NCBI GenBank assembly: GCA_963797555.1
Contig: CAWCPV010000004.1
Location: forward strand, 608,001-672,000
Source: an uncultured Gammaproteobacteria bacterium
Lineage (GTDB): Bacteria; Pseudomonadota; Gammaproteobacteria; CAWCPV01
Length of the DNA stretch: 64,000 nt
Reading direction: 5' to 3'
Part shown: one piece after another, positions 1-10,307 of the stretch
Layout: each line of letters opens with the position of its first letter
Numbering within the stretch: position 1 is the stretch's first letter
Notes under the pieces: model-generated
Told to the model about the DNA's origin: nothing
What the model saw: the letters and a program-made list of their open reading frames with translations, nothing else
The model's database searches: none
Program-made: the position numbers and the translations under genes

Positions 1-2355
1 CGTGAGTGTTCCCCAGCGCCCGCTAATACGGGCATCGAGGCTGACCATCCAGATGCCGGGTGCCCAGCGGTCGAGGGGAACGACGAGGGTGTAAGCCACG
101 CCGTCTGGCTCCGGAGCGGAGAAGGTCCAGGCCTTCGCGGATGGGTCTTGCAGCACGGAGATATCATCGCAGCCGAGATCCACGCGGATATCCTGCCCGC
201 CAATCAACTCAATGGCGGCCAGTCGAATCCGGTCGGCGCTGGCTGCCAACCTGAAAACAAGATCAAAGCGCTCGGGCTTCTGGACGGCGTTGAAGCGCAG
301 CACTTGGTGCGGCACTATGAGCTGAACGAGGGGAACACCGTAGTCGACTCCCTCCGGCCGGAACATCAGGGTGCTCGAATCGGGACGCACGTGCTCGACG
401 AGCGAGGCGAGATGCAGACGCCGCGAGCCCACCTGCTCGAACTTCACCCATTGCCTGAAACCGCCCAGCTCCAGCGCGCCGTCGGAACTCGAGTAGACCT
501 TGAGGACCTGCCGAGTCGCCGGCGTGACCGAGAGCGCGACCCCTTTGTGGAGGGGACGCTCGACCACCGGCTGCTGTGAATAGTCCTCCAGGTAGAGGAA
601 GATCCCCGGCACAGCCCATGTGAGCGTGAGGGTGCCCTGGTGACCCAGATTGAAGCCAGTGCGGAAGAAGCGGTTTGCGTTATCCCGGTATGTGAGCGTC
701 CGGGTCTGGCGGTCGACATGTAGGTTCTCGCTCGCCTCATCACTCAAGTTCTGCGGAAAGCCACTACAACGGAACCAGCAACGCTCGCGAACCTCCTCCA
801 GCCCATTCCACACGTGAACTGCGGCCCGTGCCAGGGGCCGGCGCAGGTCCTGGCGCCGGACCTCGGCGAGCAACCGAGTGACCCCCGGCCTCCAGCGTGC
901 GAGGTGTTCCGAAAGGTCTATCCTGGAATGGCTCTGTATATGGTCGAGGGGTAAGACGGCCTCGTCCCCAAGGTCCCCGGGAATCAGGCGTACTTCGAAG
1001 TTGGCTGCTGCCTGGAGGAGTTCCACTGGCACGACCACGCGCAGCGCGAGTTCGGGGGACAAATAGACCTCATGGCCGCGGACACCTCTGACGGCGCGCC
1101 CTTCAATGGCGACGAATGGCCGCGCGTCGGCCTGCAGCGTGGCAGTCGCTGGCCCGCGCCGGAGAACCAACGTCGCGCCCGGGTCGAATTCGGCCTCATA
1201 GGTGAAGAGTTCAGGTGTGTCGGACACGCGCTCGATCAGTTCCTCCAGGCCATCAGGAACGAACCGGAGAACAAGCAGGTGGGCCCCCGGCTCCACAGCC
1301 ACGGTATCCGGGGCGCCAAGCGCTGCACCGGTGACGAATGCTCCTGACCGGGTGAAGATCAACAGCCGGTTCGGCCTTCCGTCCTCCCATAGCCGCTCGG
1401 ACAAGATGTCCTGTCCTTCACTGGTCTGTATGGACACGTCGGAGGGAAGATTTTCCTCGAGGTGCACAAAACGCCCTTCTGCGAAGCCCTGGTACCGATA
1501 CTCTGTAGCCCCGACCCGAATCACCCAGTTCGTGCCCTCCGCGGGCGGCAGGTCGACCCCGAGCGAACCGTCTCGCCACACCACGTGCGGTAGGCTGAGG
1601 CGCTTTTGGCCCTCGCCCGACGGCCGGGTCTGCGGAGTCGTCAGAACCTCGGCGAGAAGCCTACCGAAGGCCGAGTTGTGTACCTCCTGGGAGTCGGGTT
1701 CTTGATACGCCCTGCAGAACAAGCGGACATAGAACCCGGTATCGTCCGCTTCGATCGCCCTGGTAGCCCGTTTGGAAGGAAAGTGCCTGAGCTGCTCTAG
1801 CAGCCCGCGTTGCCATAGCCGAATGGCATTCGGGTCGTCGTCGTCCGGGACACCAGCGACACGAGCATATTCCGCCATGCGCCCCGCGAGTTCGCCGGCG
1901 TAGCGCAGAGGCACCCCGGCCTGGCGGAGGTACTCGTCCACCATGAAATTCGTACCAGAACGGCGTAATGAGACGGAGAGCCCCAGCCGCACGCAAGCCT
2001 GCCGGTACGCCACACAGAGCCTTTCTTTCTGTGACTGCGAAAGCGTCCGGGTACCACCTGTAACGGCGCGCTCCACATACTCGTATACCTCTGGCGTCGG
2101 GCTCTGACCATAGCCCTCGACCACGTGGACGGTGAGGTAGGTGGCGAAAACCGCAGGCCAACGGGAGAGTCCATAAACATATCCACTAAGCGCGTCACGC
2201 TGCGACGCGAGCAGCTTCGCAAGAAATCCTCTGGCATTTTCGCGGAAGACGTCCGTGTAGAGACCAAGAAACGGCATGGCTCCATCTTTCAAAGCGCCCA
2301 CGATGCGCGCCTCCATCCGCTCGAACCAGATCTTCGTTGCGTCCGTTAGTGCCAT
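1..2355 (-). CDS. Large hypothetical protein (>785 aa, runs off window start); possible defence-system accessory subunit
   Basis: Manual translation: ATG at 2355 (in-frame TGA just upstream), open frame to base 1 (MALTDATKIWFERMEARIVGALKD...FMVDEYLRQAGVPLRY...SGRWGTLT). Missing from the ORF track because no stop lies in the window. Confidence 0.8.
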   Translation of the reverse strand, partial: MALTDATKIWFERMEARIVGALKDGAMPFLGLYTDVFRENARGFLAKLLASQRDALSGYVYGLSRWPAVFATYLTVHVVEGYGQSPTPEVYEYVERAVTGGTRTLSQSQKERLCVAYRQACVRLGLSVSLRRSGTNFMVDEYLRQAGVPLRYAGELAGRMAEYARVAGVPDDDDPNAIRLWQRGLLEQLRHFPSKRATRAIEADDTGFYVRLFCRAYQEPDSQEVHNSAFGRLLAEVLTTPQTRPSGEGQKRLSLPHVVWRDGSLGVDLPPAEGTNWVIRVGATEYRYQGFAEGRFVHLEENLPSDVSIQTSEGQDILSERLWEDGRPNRLLIFTRSGAFVTGAALGAPDTVAVEPGAHLLVLRFVPDGLEELIERVSDTPELFTYEAEFDPGATLVLRRGPATATLQADARPFVAIEGRAVRGVRGHEVYLSPELALRVVVPVELLQAAANFEVRLIPGDLGDEAVLPLDHIQSHSRIDLSEHLARWRPGVTRLLAEVRRQDLRRPLARAAVHVWNGLEEVRERCWFRCSGFPQNLSDEASENLHVDRQTRTLTYRDNANRFFRTGFNLGHQGTLTLTWAVPGIFLYLEDYSQQPVVERPLHKGVALSVTPATRQVLKVYSSSDGALELGGFRQWVKFEQVGSRRLHLASLVEHVRPDSSTLMFRPEGVDYGVPLVQLIVPHQVLRFNAVQKPERFDLVFRLAASADRIRLAAIELIGGQDIRVDLGCDDISVLQDPSAKAWTFSAPEPDGVAYTLVVPLDRWAPGIWMVSLDARISGRWGTLT

Positions 2356-3155
2356 GGCAAGCTGTCAGAGCGCCGGCCTGTCGTCGCGACCGTCTGTTCC
2401 GCCGATAGCGCTGGGAATGGTCATGGGCTCACGAGGTCTTGCAGCAACACATCATGGTTCGTCTCCTTCTCGTGCTCCCTCACCAGTCGGCTGAGCGTGG
2501 ACGAGTGCCGCCGAAGCGCTGTGCAATGGCCTTCATCGAGCGCCCCGGCTCATGAGAAGTTATCCAACTATTCCCGGGTAACCTGCGCACTGCCCACGAC
2601 TGCTGGCGAGGCGGGCGCGGCCCCGGGACAACCCGCCGTACCGGCGGGTAATTGTACTCCCTGAAATTCTGTCGCCGGTCAGCGACGAGACCCCGTCTCC
2701 GGTTCACTCGATAAGGCATTCGGGCAGTGCCCAGCGAGCTGCGGGCCAAACAGGGACCGCTGCTCGCAGCCCTTCGCACTTGGTGGCTGGTCGAGCGATG
2801 AGCGAAGAGCTTTCTTTGCCGACCGACAACACGGCGCCCTGCAAGCCGTGGTAACGGCGGTTTCGTGGGACACGGCCGCTGCGCTGCGCTGACCCTGGGG
2901 AGAATGCTGCGCCACGAGTTCGACCGGCCGAGATGACCTCTCCGGACGACGGCTCTCGATTGCTCCCGCCGACGCGTTCTCCGAGGTCGGCGTCCCTACG
3001 GGGGCGAGCGCCTGGAAGCCGCTCCTGCGTCACGTTCCCGGCACACCCTGCTGAGGCATGCTAATTGCGTACTGCTTGGCAACGATTGTCCGCTATCTGG
3101 TTACAGCCAGGTGGCCAACGGCTCGTGCGGAGGGGGCTCCCTCCGGGAGGACGTT

Positions 3156-3459
3156 ATGCGAGTCTCTGAGAGACACCGTGTGGCTTTAGCTTTCGTAACC
3201 GCCGTGCTGCTGGGCGGGCTAGTCGGCTGTGCCACTACCTCCACGACTTCGGTGAAGACAGAAACAGTTAGCGAGCCCGCGGCCGCTGCCCCCGGCGAGG
3301 ACGGCCCGGTCCGCCAAGGCGCCGGTCGGACCCCCGACGAGACCACCGTAACGACCACGACCCGAAAGGAAGGTCCGAATCGGGATCGTAGGCAGCGCCG
3401 TGAACCTGGGGGGCGCCGTCATCGCGTTCCCGTTCCGCGTCATCGGCGCAATCTTCTAG
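3156..3459 (+). pseudogene. Small lipoprotein with a frameshift near 3380
   Basis: GGAGG RBS; signal peptide with lipobox LVG-C; Thr-rich body; hydrophobic C-terminus GIVGSAVNLGGAVIAFPFRVIGAIF* continues in the +1 frame. Confidence 0.55.
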
Positions 3460-3611
3460 GGGTGTCGCGGCTGCGACGTCTCGCCTGGCCGCGTACCACC
3501 TGGGCACCCGAGTCGTCAGAGGGGGACGCAATCATTCGCCCACATGGCGGCCGGGCCGCCAGCGCCACGGGCTCCAAATACGCTGGGGCGTCATGGCTGG
3601 CAGCGTGTCGT

Positions 3612-5006
3612 TCATGCTGCTGTTCGGTCTTCGCTCCTGGGGGTCTGTTCCGACGGCAAATAGATCAACACGCTGAGCCCGCCGTCGGGCTCGTTCCTCG
3701 CCGACATCTCGCCGCCGTGCAGGCGCACCGCGCGCTCGGCGATCGCAAGCCCCAACCCGTATCCGCCAGTGGCGCGGTCGCGCGCGTCGCCGGCGCGCAC
3801 GAACGGCTCGAATAGTCGCGGCAGCATCTCTCCGGGAACACCGGGACCGTGGTCGCGCACCCGGATCACGAGCCGGCCCGACTGCGCGGGATCGGGTTCC
3901 ATGGATAATTCCACCGTACTGCCCTCGTCGGTGTAGCTCACGGCGTTGCGCAGCACGTTCTCCAGGGCGCTGTGCAGCAGCGGCGCATTGCCCGCTATTA
4001 CGGCACGCGCAGTCTTTTCGAAGCGCACTTCGCGGCTCCGGGCGTGCGCCTCGAAGGCGGCATCGGCGGCAACCGCTTCCAGCAGCTCGGCCATATCCAC
4101 AGGCTCCCGTAGGGGAGGTTCGGCACCGGATTCCAAGCGCGCGAGAGACAGCAGTTGACCGATCAGCTCGTTCAGCAGTTCGGTCTCGCGCTCCATCCGG
4201 TCCAGCTCCGGCTGGGCGTCCTTCCCGGCTCGTTGGCGCGCCAGCCCCAGGGCCACTTGCAGGCGCGCGAGCGGTGAGCGCAGCTCGTGCGAGACATCGC
4301 TGAGCAATCGTTTTTGTGAACCGATCACGGCGTTCAGGCGCTCTGCCATCCGGTCGAACGCCCGTCCCAGCTCGGCGAGCTCGTCACGGCGCCCGCCGAG
4401 GGAGGGTCCGACACGCTGACTCAGGTCGCCCGCGGCGTACCCTTCAGTTGCACGGTGCAGCCGCTGGATGGGCGCTGTCAGATAGCGCGCCAGCGCGAAG
4501 CACACCAGGCCGCTCACCAGCGCGGCCACCAGCAGAGGCACTGCCATCACCCACGGCCGGCGCAGCACGCGGGCCAGTGTCGCGCCTTGGAAGTCCGGGA
4601 CGAGCCGGTACTGGGTGCCGTCGGGCAAGCGGATTACGGGCCGCAACCGTGACGCGGAGCGGTCGTGCGGCGGAGGCGGCCGCTCGGCGCGTCGGGCCTG
4701 ACGCTCCAGGATCCACGTCGGTACTTCCCGGGCCAGTGTATCTTCGCCTTCTGGGTTGAGCACGAGGATCGGAACCGCTTCGCGGCGATCGACCCGGCGT
4801 GCCCAGGACCGCAGCCCCTTGATGCCGCCGCGGTCCGCTGCGGCTTGCGCCTCGGCAACGTGGCGCATCATGTACTGGTGGGGTGTGGTGGCTTCGCGCC
4901 GCTCGCGCATCCGCTCGAGGAATTGGGACGCGGTCAGCACGCTCGCCGCCGAAAACAGCACGAGGGCAACCCAGAACGAGAGAAAGAACTTCCAGAACAG
5001 TCGCAT
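3612..5006 (-). CDS. cpxA: CpxA-like sensor histidine kinase (2 TM, HAMP, HisKA, HATPase)
   Basis: DVSHELRSPLARL H-box, ENVLRNA N-box, DHGPG, GGYGLGLAI; downstream of cpxR and divergent from a Spy/CpxP gene. Confidence 0.85.
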   Translation of the reverse strand: MRLFWKFFLSFWVALVLFSAASVLTASQFLERMRERREATTPHQYMMRHVAEAQAAADRGGIKGLRSWARRVDRREAVPILVLNPEGEDTLAREVPTWILERQARRAERPPPPHDRSASRLRPVIRLPDGTQYRLVPDFQGATLARVLRRPWVMAVPLLVAALVSGLVCFALARYLTAPIQRLHRATEGYAAGDLSQRVGPSLGGRRDELAELGRAFDRMAERLNAVIGSQKRLLSDVSHELRSPLARLQVALGLARQRAGKDAQPELDRMERETELLNELIGQLLSLARLESGAEPPLREPVDMAELLEAVAADAAFEAHARSREVRFEKTARAVIAGNAPLLHSALENVLRNAVSYTDEGSTVELSMEPDPAQSGRLVIRVRDHGPGVPGEMLPRLFEPFVRAGDARDRATGGYGLGLAIAERAVRLHGGEMSARNEPDGGLSVLIYLPSEQTPRSEDRTAA

Positions 5007-5019
5007 TCCGTCGCTGTCC

Positions 5020-5718
5020 TCACGGCGTTACATATTGGTAGCCGACGCCGCGCACGGTCTTGATGCGTTCCTCGCCGTTCGGGAGCGGCCCGAGCTTTCG
5101 CCGCAGGTTGCTGATGTGCATGTCCAGGCTGCGGTCGTAGCGGGTGAGCCTGCGACCCAGCGCGTGCTCCGAGAGATCGGCCTTCGATACCACGCGGCCC
5201 GCCTCGCGTAGCAGCACCTCCAGCACGCTGTACTCCGTGCTGGTCATGGCGACGGGCTTGTCCCCCTGGGTCACGGCACGCGTGCCCATGCGCATCCCCA
5301 AGTCGCCGATCGTGAGGGTGTCAGGCGATGCGGGTCCTTCATATTTTGCTCCTGTCGGCTCGGCACGCCGCAGGATGGCGCGGATACGTGCCACGAGCAC
5401 GCGCGGATTGCATGGCTTGCCGAGGTAATCGTCGGCACCCAGCTCCAGGCCAACGATGCTGTCTACGTCCTCGTCACGTGCGGTGAGCACCAGCACCGGG
5501 GTGAGCGCGTGGGGGCGGAGCTCGCGGAGCACGTCGAAGCCGTTCTTGAGCGGCATCATCACATCGAGCACGATGAGGTCAAACGCTCCCGACCTTGCTT
5601 TGGTCAGCGCTGCCGCGCCGTCGTGCGCCGACTCCACCGTGAAGCCCTCCGCCGCGAGATACTCCTTCAGCATCTCGCAAAGCTCGACGTCATCATCCGC
5701 GAGCAGAATGCGGGGCAT
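5020..5718 (-). CDS. cpxR: CpxR-like OmpR-family response regulator
   Basis: ILLADDD, LDVMMP, GADDYLGKP, DRSLDMHISNLRRKL, TVRGVGY. Confidence 0.88.
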   Translation of the reverse strand: MPRILLADDDVELCEMLKEYLAAEGFTVESAHDGAAALTKARSGAFDLIVLDVMMPLKNGFDVLRELRPHALTPVLVLTARDEDVDSIVGLELGADDYLGKPCNPRVLVARIRAILRRAEPTGAKYEGPASPDTLTIGDLGMRMGTRAVTQGDKPVAMTSTEYSVLEVLLREAGRVVSKADLSEHALGRRLTRYDRSLDMHISNLRRKLGPLPNGEERIKTVRGVGYQYVTP

Positions 5719-5814
5719 CAGTCTCCTCCGTCGATAGGCTTATCCATGTCAATGTGTTTGCCGTAGCGATAGTGCCATATTCCAGGTCGCCCCATACAGC
5801 CTGACGGCGCCGAC

Positions 5815-5839
5815 TTTACGCGGTTTTACACAGTCTTAC
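5815..5839 (-). promoter_or_regulatory. Tandem CpxR boxes
   Basis: Minus strand reads GTAAG-N5-GTAAA-N5-GTAAA, matching the CpxR consensus GTAAA-N5-GTAAA, between cpxR and cpxP. Confidence 0.75.
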
Positions 5840-5936
5840 TCGGCCCCAACACACGCTTACGGCGTGGCGGATTAAATTGTTCCGCAGGATGTGGATATCC
5901 CGCATCCCGAGTGAACTTAGGCAAGAGGATTGAGCC

Positions 5937-6425
5937 ATGAAGAATGCAATGATGACGACCCTGACGACGACGTTGCTGGCCGGTAGCCTGGTGGCTGCCC
6001 CGGTCCTCGCACACCCGTCGGGCTGGCGGCATGGTGCGGCCTTCGGCCTGGAGGGGTGCGCCGAGCAGCGCGTCGAGCGCATGGCCGACAAGCTGAACCT
6101 GACGAAGGACCAGCTTGCCTCCATCCGCGCTGTTTTCGACCAGACGCGCGCTCAGCGGCGTGAACTCCACGACCGGATGATCGAGAACCGCAAACAGCTG
6201 CGGGCGCTGACGGAACAGGGCACTTTCGACGAGAACGAGGCGCGCAGGCTGGCCGATGCGCAAGGCAAGGTGACTGCAGACATGATCGTGCTGCGCACCC
6301 ATGTCCGGGCGGAAATCGACAAGGTTTTGACTCCCCAACAGCGCGAGCAGTTGAAGCAGTTGCATGGTAGCCACGGGGGGCGCGACCGCCAGCCGGCGGG
6401 GCAGTCGAGTCATTCAACGAGCTAA
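5937..6425 (+). CDS. cpxP: Spy/CpxP family periplasmic chaperone
   Basis: Signal peptide; LTxxQ motifs (LNLTKDQ, VLTPQQREQ); divergent from cpxRA. Confidence 0.85.
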   Translation: MKNAMMTTLTTTLLAGSLVAAPVLAHPSGWRHGAAFGLEGCAEQRVERMADKLNLTKDQLASIRAVFDQTRAQRRELHDRMIENRKQLRALTEQGTFDENEARRLADAQGKVTADMIVLRTHVRAEIDKVLTPQQREQLKQLHGSHGGRDRQPAGQSSHSTS

Positions 6426-6743
6426 GCGCCCGGTCCCGCCGTGGGGCTCACCGAGATTTGAGTCAAGCGACCGGGCTATGGCGTAGCATTCCCTAGCCCG
6501 CGATGGGGAGGGCGAGGTTTGGGCTGAACGCAAGAGCCTGCGGGGTGTGAACTGTCCCTCCACTCACAGACTCTGAAACGCTACCGCCTCGACCTCTCCC
6601 GCGTGGGAATAGGGCGGGGGTGGGGAGCGACGCGTTGACCGCCGTGCCCCAATCCCCGGCTTTCCCCTGTGAGCGAGCAGGGTGGGAATCGGTTGCCGGG
6701 CGTAGGAATTCCCTGGCGTGAAAGCTCTGACAAACGCTGCGTG

Positions 6744-7448
6744 CTACGGTCGTTTCCGTTGGACGACATCGTCCCGCAAGTAAACAGGCAATGCCTCCTC
6801 GGCGCTGACCGCCTTACCCCGGTGGAAGGCGTCGGCGGCCAGAGCGGCAATCGCGCTTGCCCGTGGATGGTAACCCGGCAGCCAGCGCTCCACGGCGGAG
6901 GAGACGCGGCTCAGCAGCACGGCGCCGTGGCGTTCCCACCCGCTTCCCGCTCCGACCCATCCGTCGTCGGGTGGCAGCGGGACCCGGTCTGGAGAACAGG
7001 CCAGCTCCGGTCCTGCCGGCTCAACCAGCCCGGACAGGACGCGCTGGTATGCGCACCAGTAAACCTCACCCATGCGGGCGTCGAGGGCGGCCAGGACTCG
7101 CCGTGCGGGGACCGCATGGGCCAGCGCGGCCAGAGACGAAATCGGCACGACCGGCCTATCGGTGCCCAAGGCGAGCCCTTGGACCACGCTGGCAGCGATC
7201 CGCACGCCGGTGAATGAACCGGGTCCACGGCCGAAGGCGAAGGCATCCAGTGTGCGGAGCGCGAGCCCGGCCTCACCTAGCAGCTCGTCGACCATGAGCA
7301 GGATGCGGTCGGCATGCTGCCGAGGCGCCAGAACAAACCGCTCGCGAACCTCGCCATCCAGGTAAAGAGCCACGGAGCAAGCGTCCGTGGCGGTGTCCAC
7401 CGCCAACAGCCGGATACCGCTGGGCCCCGGCGCGGCCATGGTGGTCAT
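6744..7448 (-). CDS. tsaB: tRNA t6A biosynthesis protein TsaB
   Basis: LAVDTATDACSVAL, GRGPGSFTGVRIA, LDARMGEVY, LPVYLRD; coupled to yoaA. Confidence 0.95.
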   Translation of the reverse strand: MTTMAAPGPSGIRLLAVDTATDACSVALYLDGEVRERFVLAPRQHADRILLMVDELLGEAGLALRTLDAFAFGRGPGSFTGVRIAASVVQGLALGTDRPVVPISSLAALAHAVPARRVLAALDARMGEVYWCAYQRVLSGLVEPAGPELACSPDRVPLPPDDGWVGAGSGWERHGAVLLSRVSSAVERWLPGYHPRASAIAALAADAFHRGKAVSAEEALPVYLRDDVVQRKRP

Positions 7449-9349
7449 CCGCGGACGGCCGGAGCGAAGAATGCCTCCACGTCAGCCAGGTCGCGCGTCA
7501 GCCGCATGGGCGGCAAGGACGCCAGAAACACTCGCCCGTAGGCGCGTGTGACCACACGTGGGTCGCAGAGCATGATAACGCCGCGGTCGGTGATGTCGCG
7601 GATCAATCGGCCTGCGCCCTGTTTCAGCGCCAACACCGCTTCCGGCAGCTGATACTCTGTGAACGGGTCGCGGCCCTGCTCCCGCATGCGCTCCAGGCAG
7701 GCTTTTAGGACGGGGTCGTCGGGGGGAGAGAAAGGCAGGCGATCGATGAGCACCAGCGAGAGCGCGTCACCCCGCACGTCCACCCCTTCCCAGAAACTGG
7801 CAGTGCCCAGCAAGACCGCATTACCCAGCGCACGGAACCGCTTCAGGAGGATAGCGCGCGGGGCTTGCCCTTGCACGAGCACGGGATAGGACAGGCGTCC
7901 GTGCAGGCGGCGGGCCATCGCTTGCATGGCGCGGCGGCTGGTGAACAGCAGGAAGGCACGGCCCCGGCTGTGGACGAGGGCGGCCAATGCGGCCTCGGCG
8001 ACGGCGTCGCCGTAGTCCGGGCTGTTAGGCTCCGGGAGTCCTTCTGGGACATACAGCAACGCCTGGTGCGCGAAGTCGAAGGGGCTGTCCCAGCGGCGTG
8101 TGACCGGTCCTTCCAGGCCCAGGGACCCGGTGAAATGGGAGAAGTCTTCGCCCACGGCGAGGGTAGCGGAGGTGAACACCCACGCGCAGTGATAAGTCTC
8201 CAGGCGGTCGCTGAATAGCTTTCCGATGTCGAGCGGCGTTACCCGCAACGTGAAGCCTTGCTCACGCGTTTCCACCCACCGAGTGCGCTCGGGCTCCGCG
8301 CAAGCGCAGAACAGCTGCACGTGCCTCGTTAGCTCGTCACTGCGCCTGGCACAGCTCTCCAGCCCCCGCGACCGATCGGCCAAGGGTTTGAGCCGGTCGC
8401 GCAGCTCTTGCAGCATTCCCATCAGCGTTTTCATGTGGTGCGCGACCGCGAATCTTCCGGCGGCCGCGGACCACGATAGGTGCGCGGGCGGTCCCAGTAC
8501 CGTGCGCAAGGCGGAGCTTGCTTGAACCACCTGCTCCGCCGTGGTGCGGACATGCGCAAGGTCGTCTATCGCCTCCGAGGCACTATCCCTGGCGAGATCC
8601 AAGAGCTGGCCGTAGCTCACCCCCACCCCGAGAAAGTCCCGGGCCACCTCCGGTAGCTGATGGGCCTCATCGACGATGACGGCGTCGGCGTTCGGGAGCA
8701 GCTCGCCGACGCCGCGATCACGCAGGGTCAGATCCGCACACAGCAAATGGTGATTGACGACGACCACGTCCGCCTTCTGTGCTGCACGACGGGCGCGGAC
8801 CAGAAAACAGTCCCCGTAATAGGCGCACTCCTGCCCCAAACAGCTGTCGGCCGTGGAGCTGAGTGTGCGCCAGATGTCCGCATGGTCGGGGATCTCCGGA
8901 ATCTCCGCGAGGTCGCCGGTCTCCGTGCTCCGCAGCCAGCGGGTGATAACCCCTCGAAGGTCTGCGGGCAGCATCGGCGAAGCACGCCGCGGACGTTCCA
9001 GTCGGTACAGGCACAGGTAGTTGGAGCGACCCTTGAGCAGGGCCGTCGTTAGCGAGGCGTCCAATGCCTCGCGCACCAGCGGCAGGTCCCGCGAGAACAA
9101 CTGCTCCTGAAGGGTTCGCGTACCGGTGGAAACAATGACCTTGAGGCGAGATAGCACGGCGGGAACCAGGTAGGCGAACGTCTTACCGGTGCCAGTCCCG
9201 GCCTCGGCGACCAGGACTCCCCGTGACCGGAGGGTCTCGGCTACGGTGTCGGCCATCTCCCGCTGGGCCTGTCGAGGCGTGAAGCCGGAGACGCGACGAA
9301 CCACCGGGCCGCCACGGCTTAGTAGATCGCCCGCGCTCTTCGATCTCAT
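7445..9349 (-). CDS. yoaA: DinG/YoaA family Fe-S ATP-dependent DNA helicase
   Basis: EAGTGTGKTFAYL, KGRSNYLC, DEAH, TSATL, SFWEGVDV, KQGAGRLIR; start uncertain (9349 or 9469). Confidence 0.92.
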   Translation of the reverse strand: MRSKSAGDLLSRGGPVVRRVSGFTPRQAQREMADTVAETLRSRGVLVAEAGTGTGKTFAYLVPAVLSRLKVIVSTGTRTLQEQLFSRDLPLVREALDASLTTALLKGRSNYLCLYRLERPRRASPMLPADLRGVITRWLRSTETGDLAEIPEIPDHADIWRTLSSTADSCLGQECAYYGDCFLVRARRAAQKADVVVVNHHLLCADLTLRDRGVGELLPNADAVIVDEAHQLPEVARDFLGVGVSYGQLLDLARDSASEAIDDLAHVRTTAEQVVQASSALRTVLGPPAHLSWSAAAGRFAVAHHMKTLMGMLQELRDRLKPLADRSRGLESCARRSDELTRHVQLFCACAEPERTRWVETREQGFTLRVTPLDIGKLFSDRLETYHCAWVFTSATLAVGEDFSHFTGSLGLEGPVTRRWDSPFDFAHQALLYVPEGLPEPNSPDYGDAVAEAALAALVHSRGRAFLLFTSRRAMQAMARRLHGRLSYPVLVQGQAPRAILLKRFRALGNAVLLGTASFWEGVDVRGDALSLVLIDRLPFSPPDDPVLKACLERMREQGRDPFTEYQLPEAVLALKQGAGRLIRDITDRGVIMLCDPRVVTRAYGRVFLASLPPMRLTRDLADVEAFFAPAVRG

Positions 9350-9515
9350 TGCAGCGGACGCGCGGCGGTGCGGCGTCGGCTCCCTTCGCAAGCGGGCCTT
9401 ATCGTGGTGGCTGGTCGGGCGAGTGCCGAGGGTAGCCGGTTGGGCTATCCGGGAAGGTCTGCTTGCCATGCCACCGTAAGGGGCGCCAAGCCCAGGCGCC
9501 CCGCCGGCCGATGGC

Positions 9516-10052
9516 TCAATGCCTGTAGTAGTCGGCTAGTGACTGGAGTACCGCCTTGAGCTCGTTCGCCGCGATCTCTGCAGCCTTGTGCTGCTTGATA
9601 TTCACGGCTTCCGCCTCGGCCACGGGGTCGGCAAATCCGATCACAATGCGGCCGGCAGAAGGCGTCTCTCCGGACTTGGCAGCCGGAATCTCCTGGAACA
9701 CCGTGAACCGGCAGGGGATGAGCAGGCTGATATAGGGATCCTCGCGGATCGCCTGTGCCAGGTACTGAGACTTACACGCCAATACCAGCTTATTGAAGGT
9801 GAAGAGCCCATACTTCCTCATCCCTAGGTCGATGTCCTGGACACTGACGATCTCCCAGTTCTGGGCCATGATCTCGCTCTTCAGGCGGTCCACCACCTCC
9901 TGGTAGTTGAGGTTTCCGGGAAGGTAGATGACGTAGGCATTCCCATGCCGTTGGATGTCGCCGTCCGCTGCCGGCGCAGCACGTGCCAAAGTGACCTGCA
10001 GCAGGCACACGAATATACAGATCCCAGAAAGCGTCAGTCTCCCCCATTTCAT
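9516..10052 (-). CDS. Exported DUF302-like protein
   Basis: Signal peptide; LACKSQY...LLIPCRFTVF Cys pattern typical of DUF302. Confidence 0.65.
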   Translation of the reverse strand: MKWGRLTLSGICIFVCLLQVTLARAAPAADGDIQRHGNAYVIYLPGNLNYQEVVDRLKSEIMAQNWEIVSVQDIDLGMRKYGLFTFNKLVLACKSQYLAQAIREDPYISLLIPCRFTVFQEIPAAKSGETPSAGRIVIGFADPVAEAEAVNIKQHKAAEIAANELKAVLQSLADYYRH

Positions 10053-10307
10053 CGCTCTACCTCCATTGCGTTGCCCAGCATAGGCGCTACGCAGGCCGCG
10101 CGTTAAGGTCGGGCCCTGCCGCCGGTCGTTTTTACACGCAAGTGCCTGAGGAGCATAGATGATGCGCATGGCCCACGCAACCGCGCCGAACGACGCCACG
10201 GCGTCGGGTGGGGCAGGCGTGGGATTTGGGTGCTTTGGTGCGGGATGCGCTGCCGGTGCGTGGAACCCCGCGTGGGGGATCCCGAGCGAATCGCGGCGGC
10301 GGTCGAT

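Noticed and set aside
2631-2649. Palindrome ACCCGCCG-TAC-CGGCGGGT upstream of the large ORF
   Set aside because: Single short GC-rich palindrome with no associated regulator; could be chance
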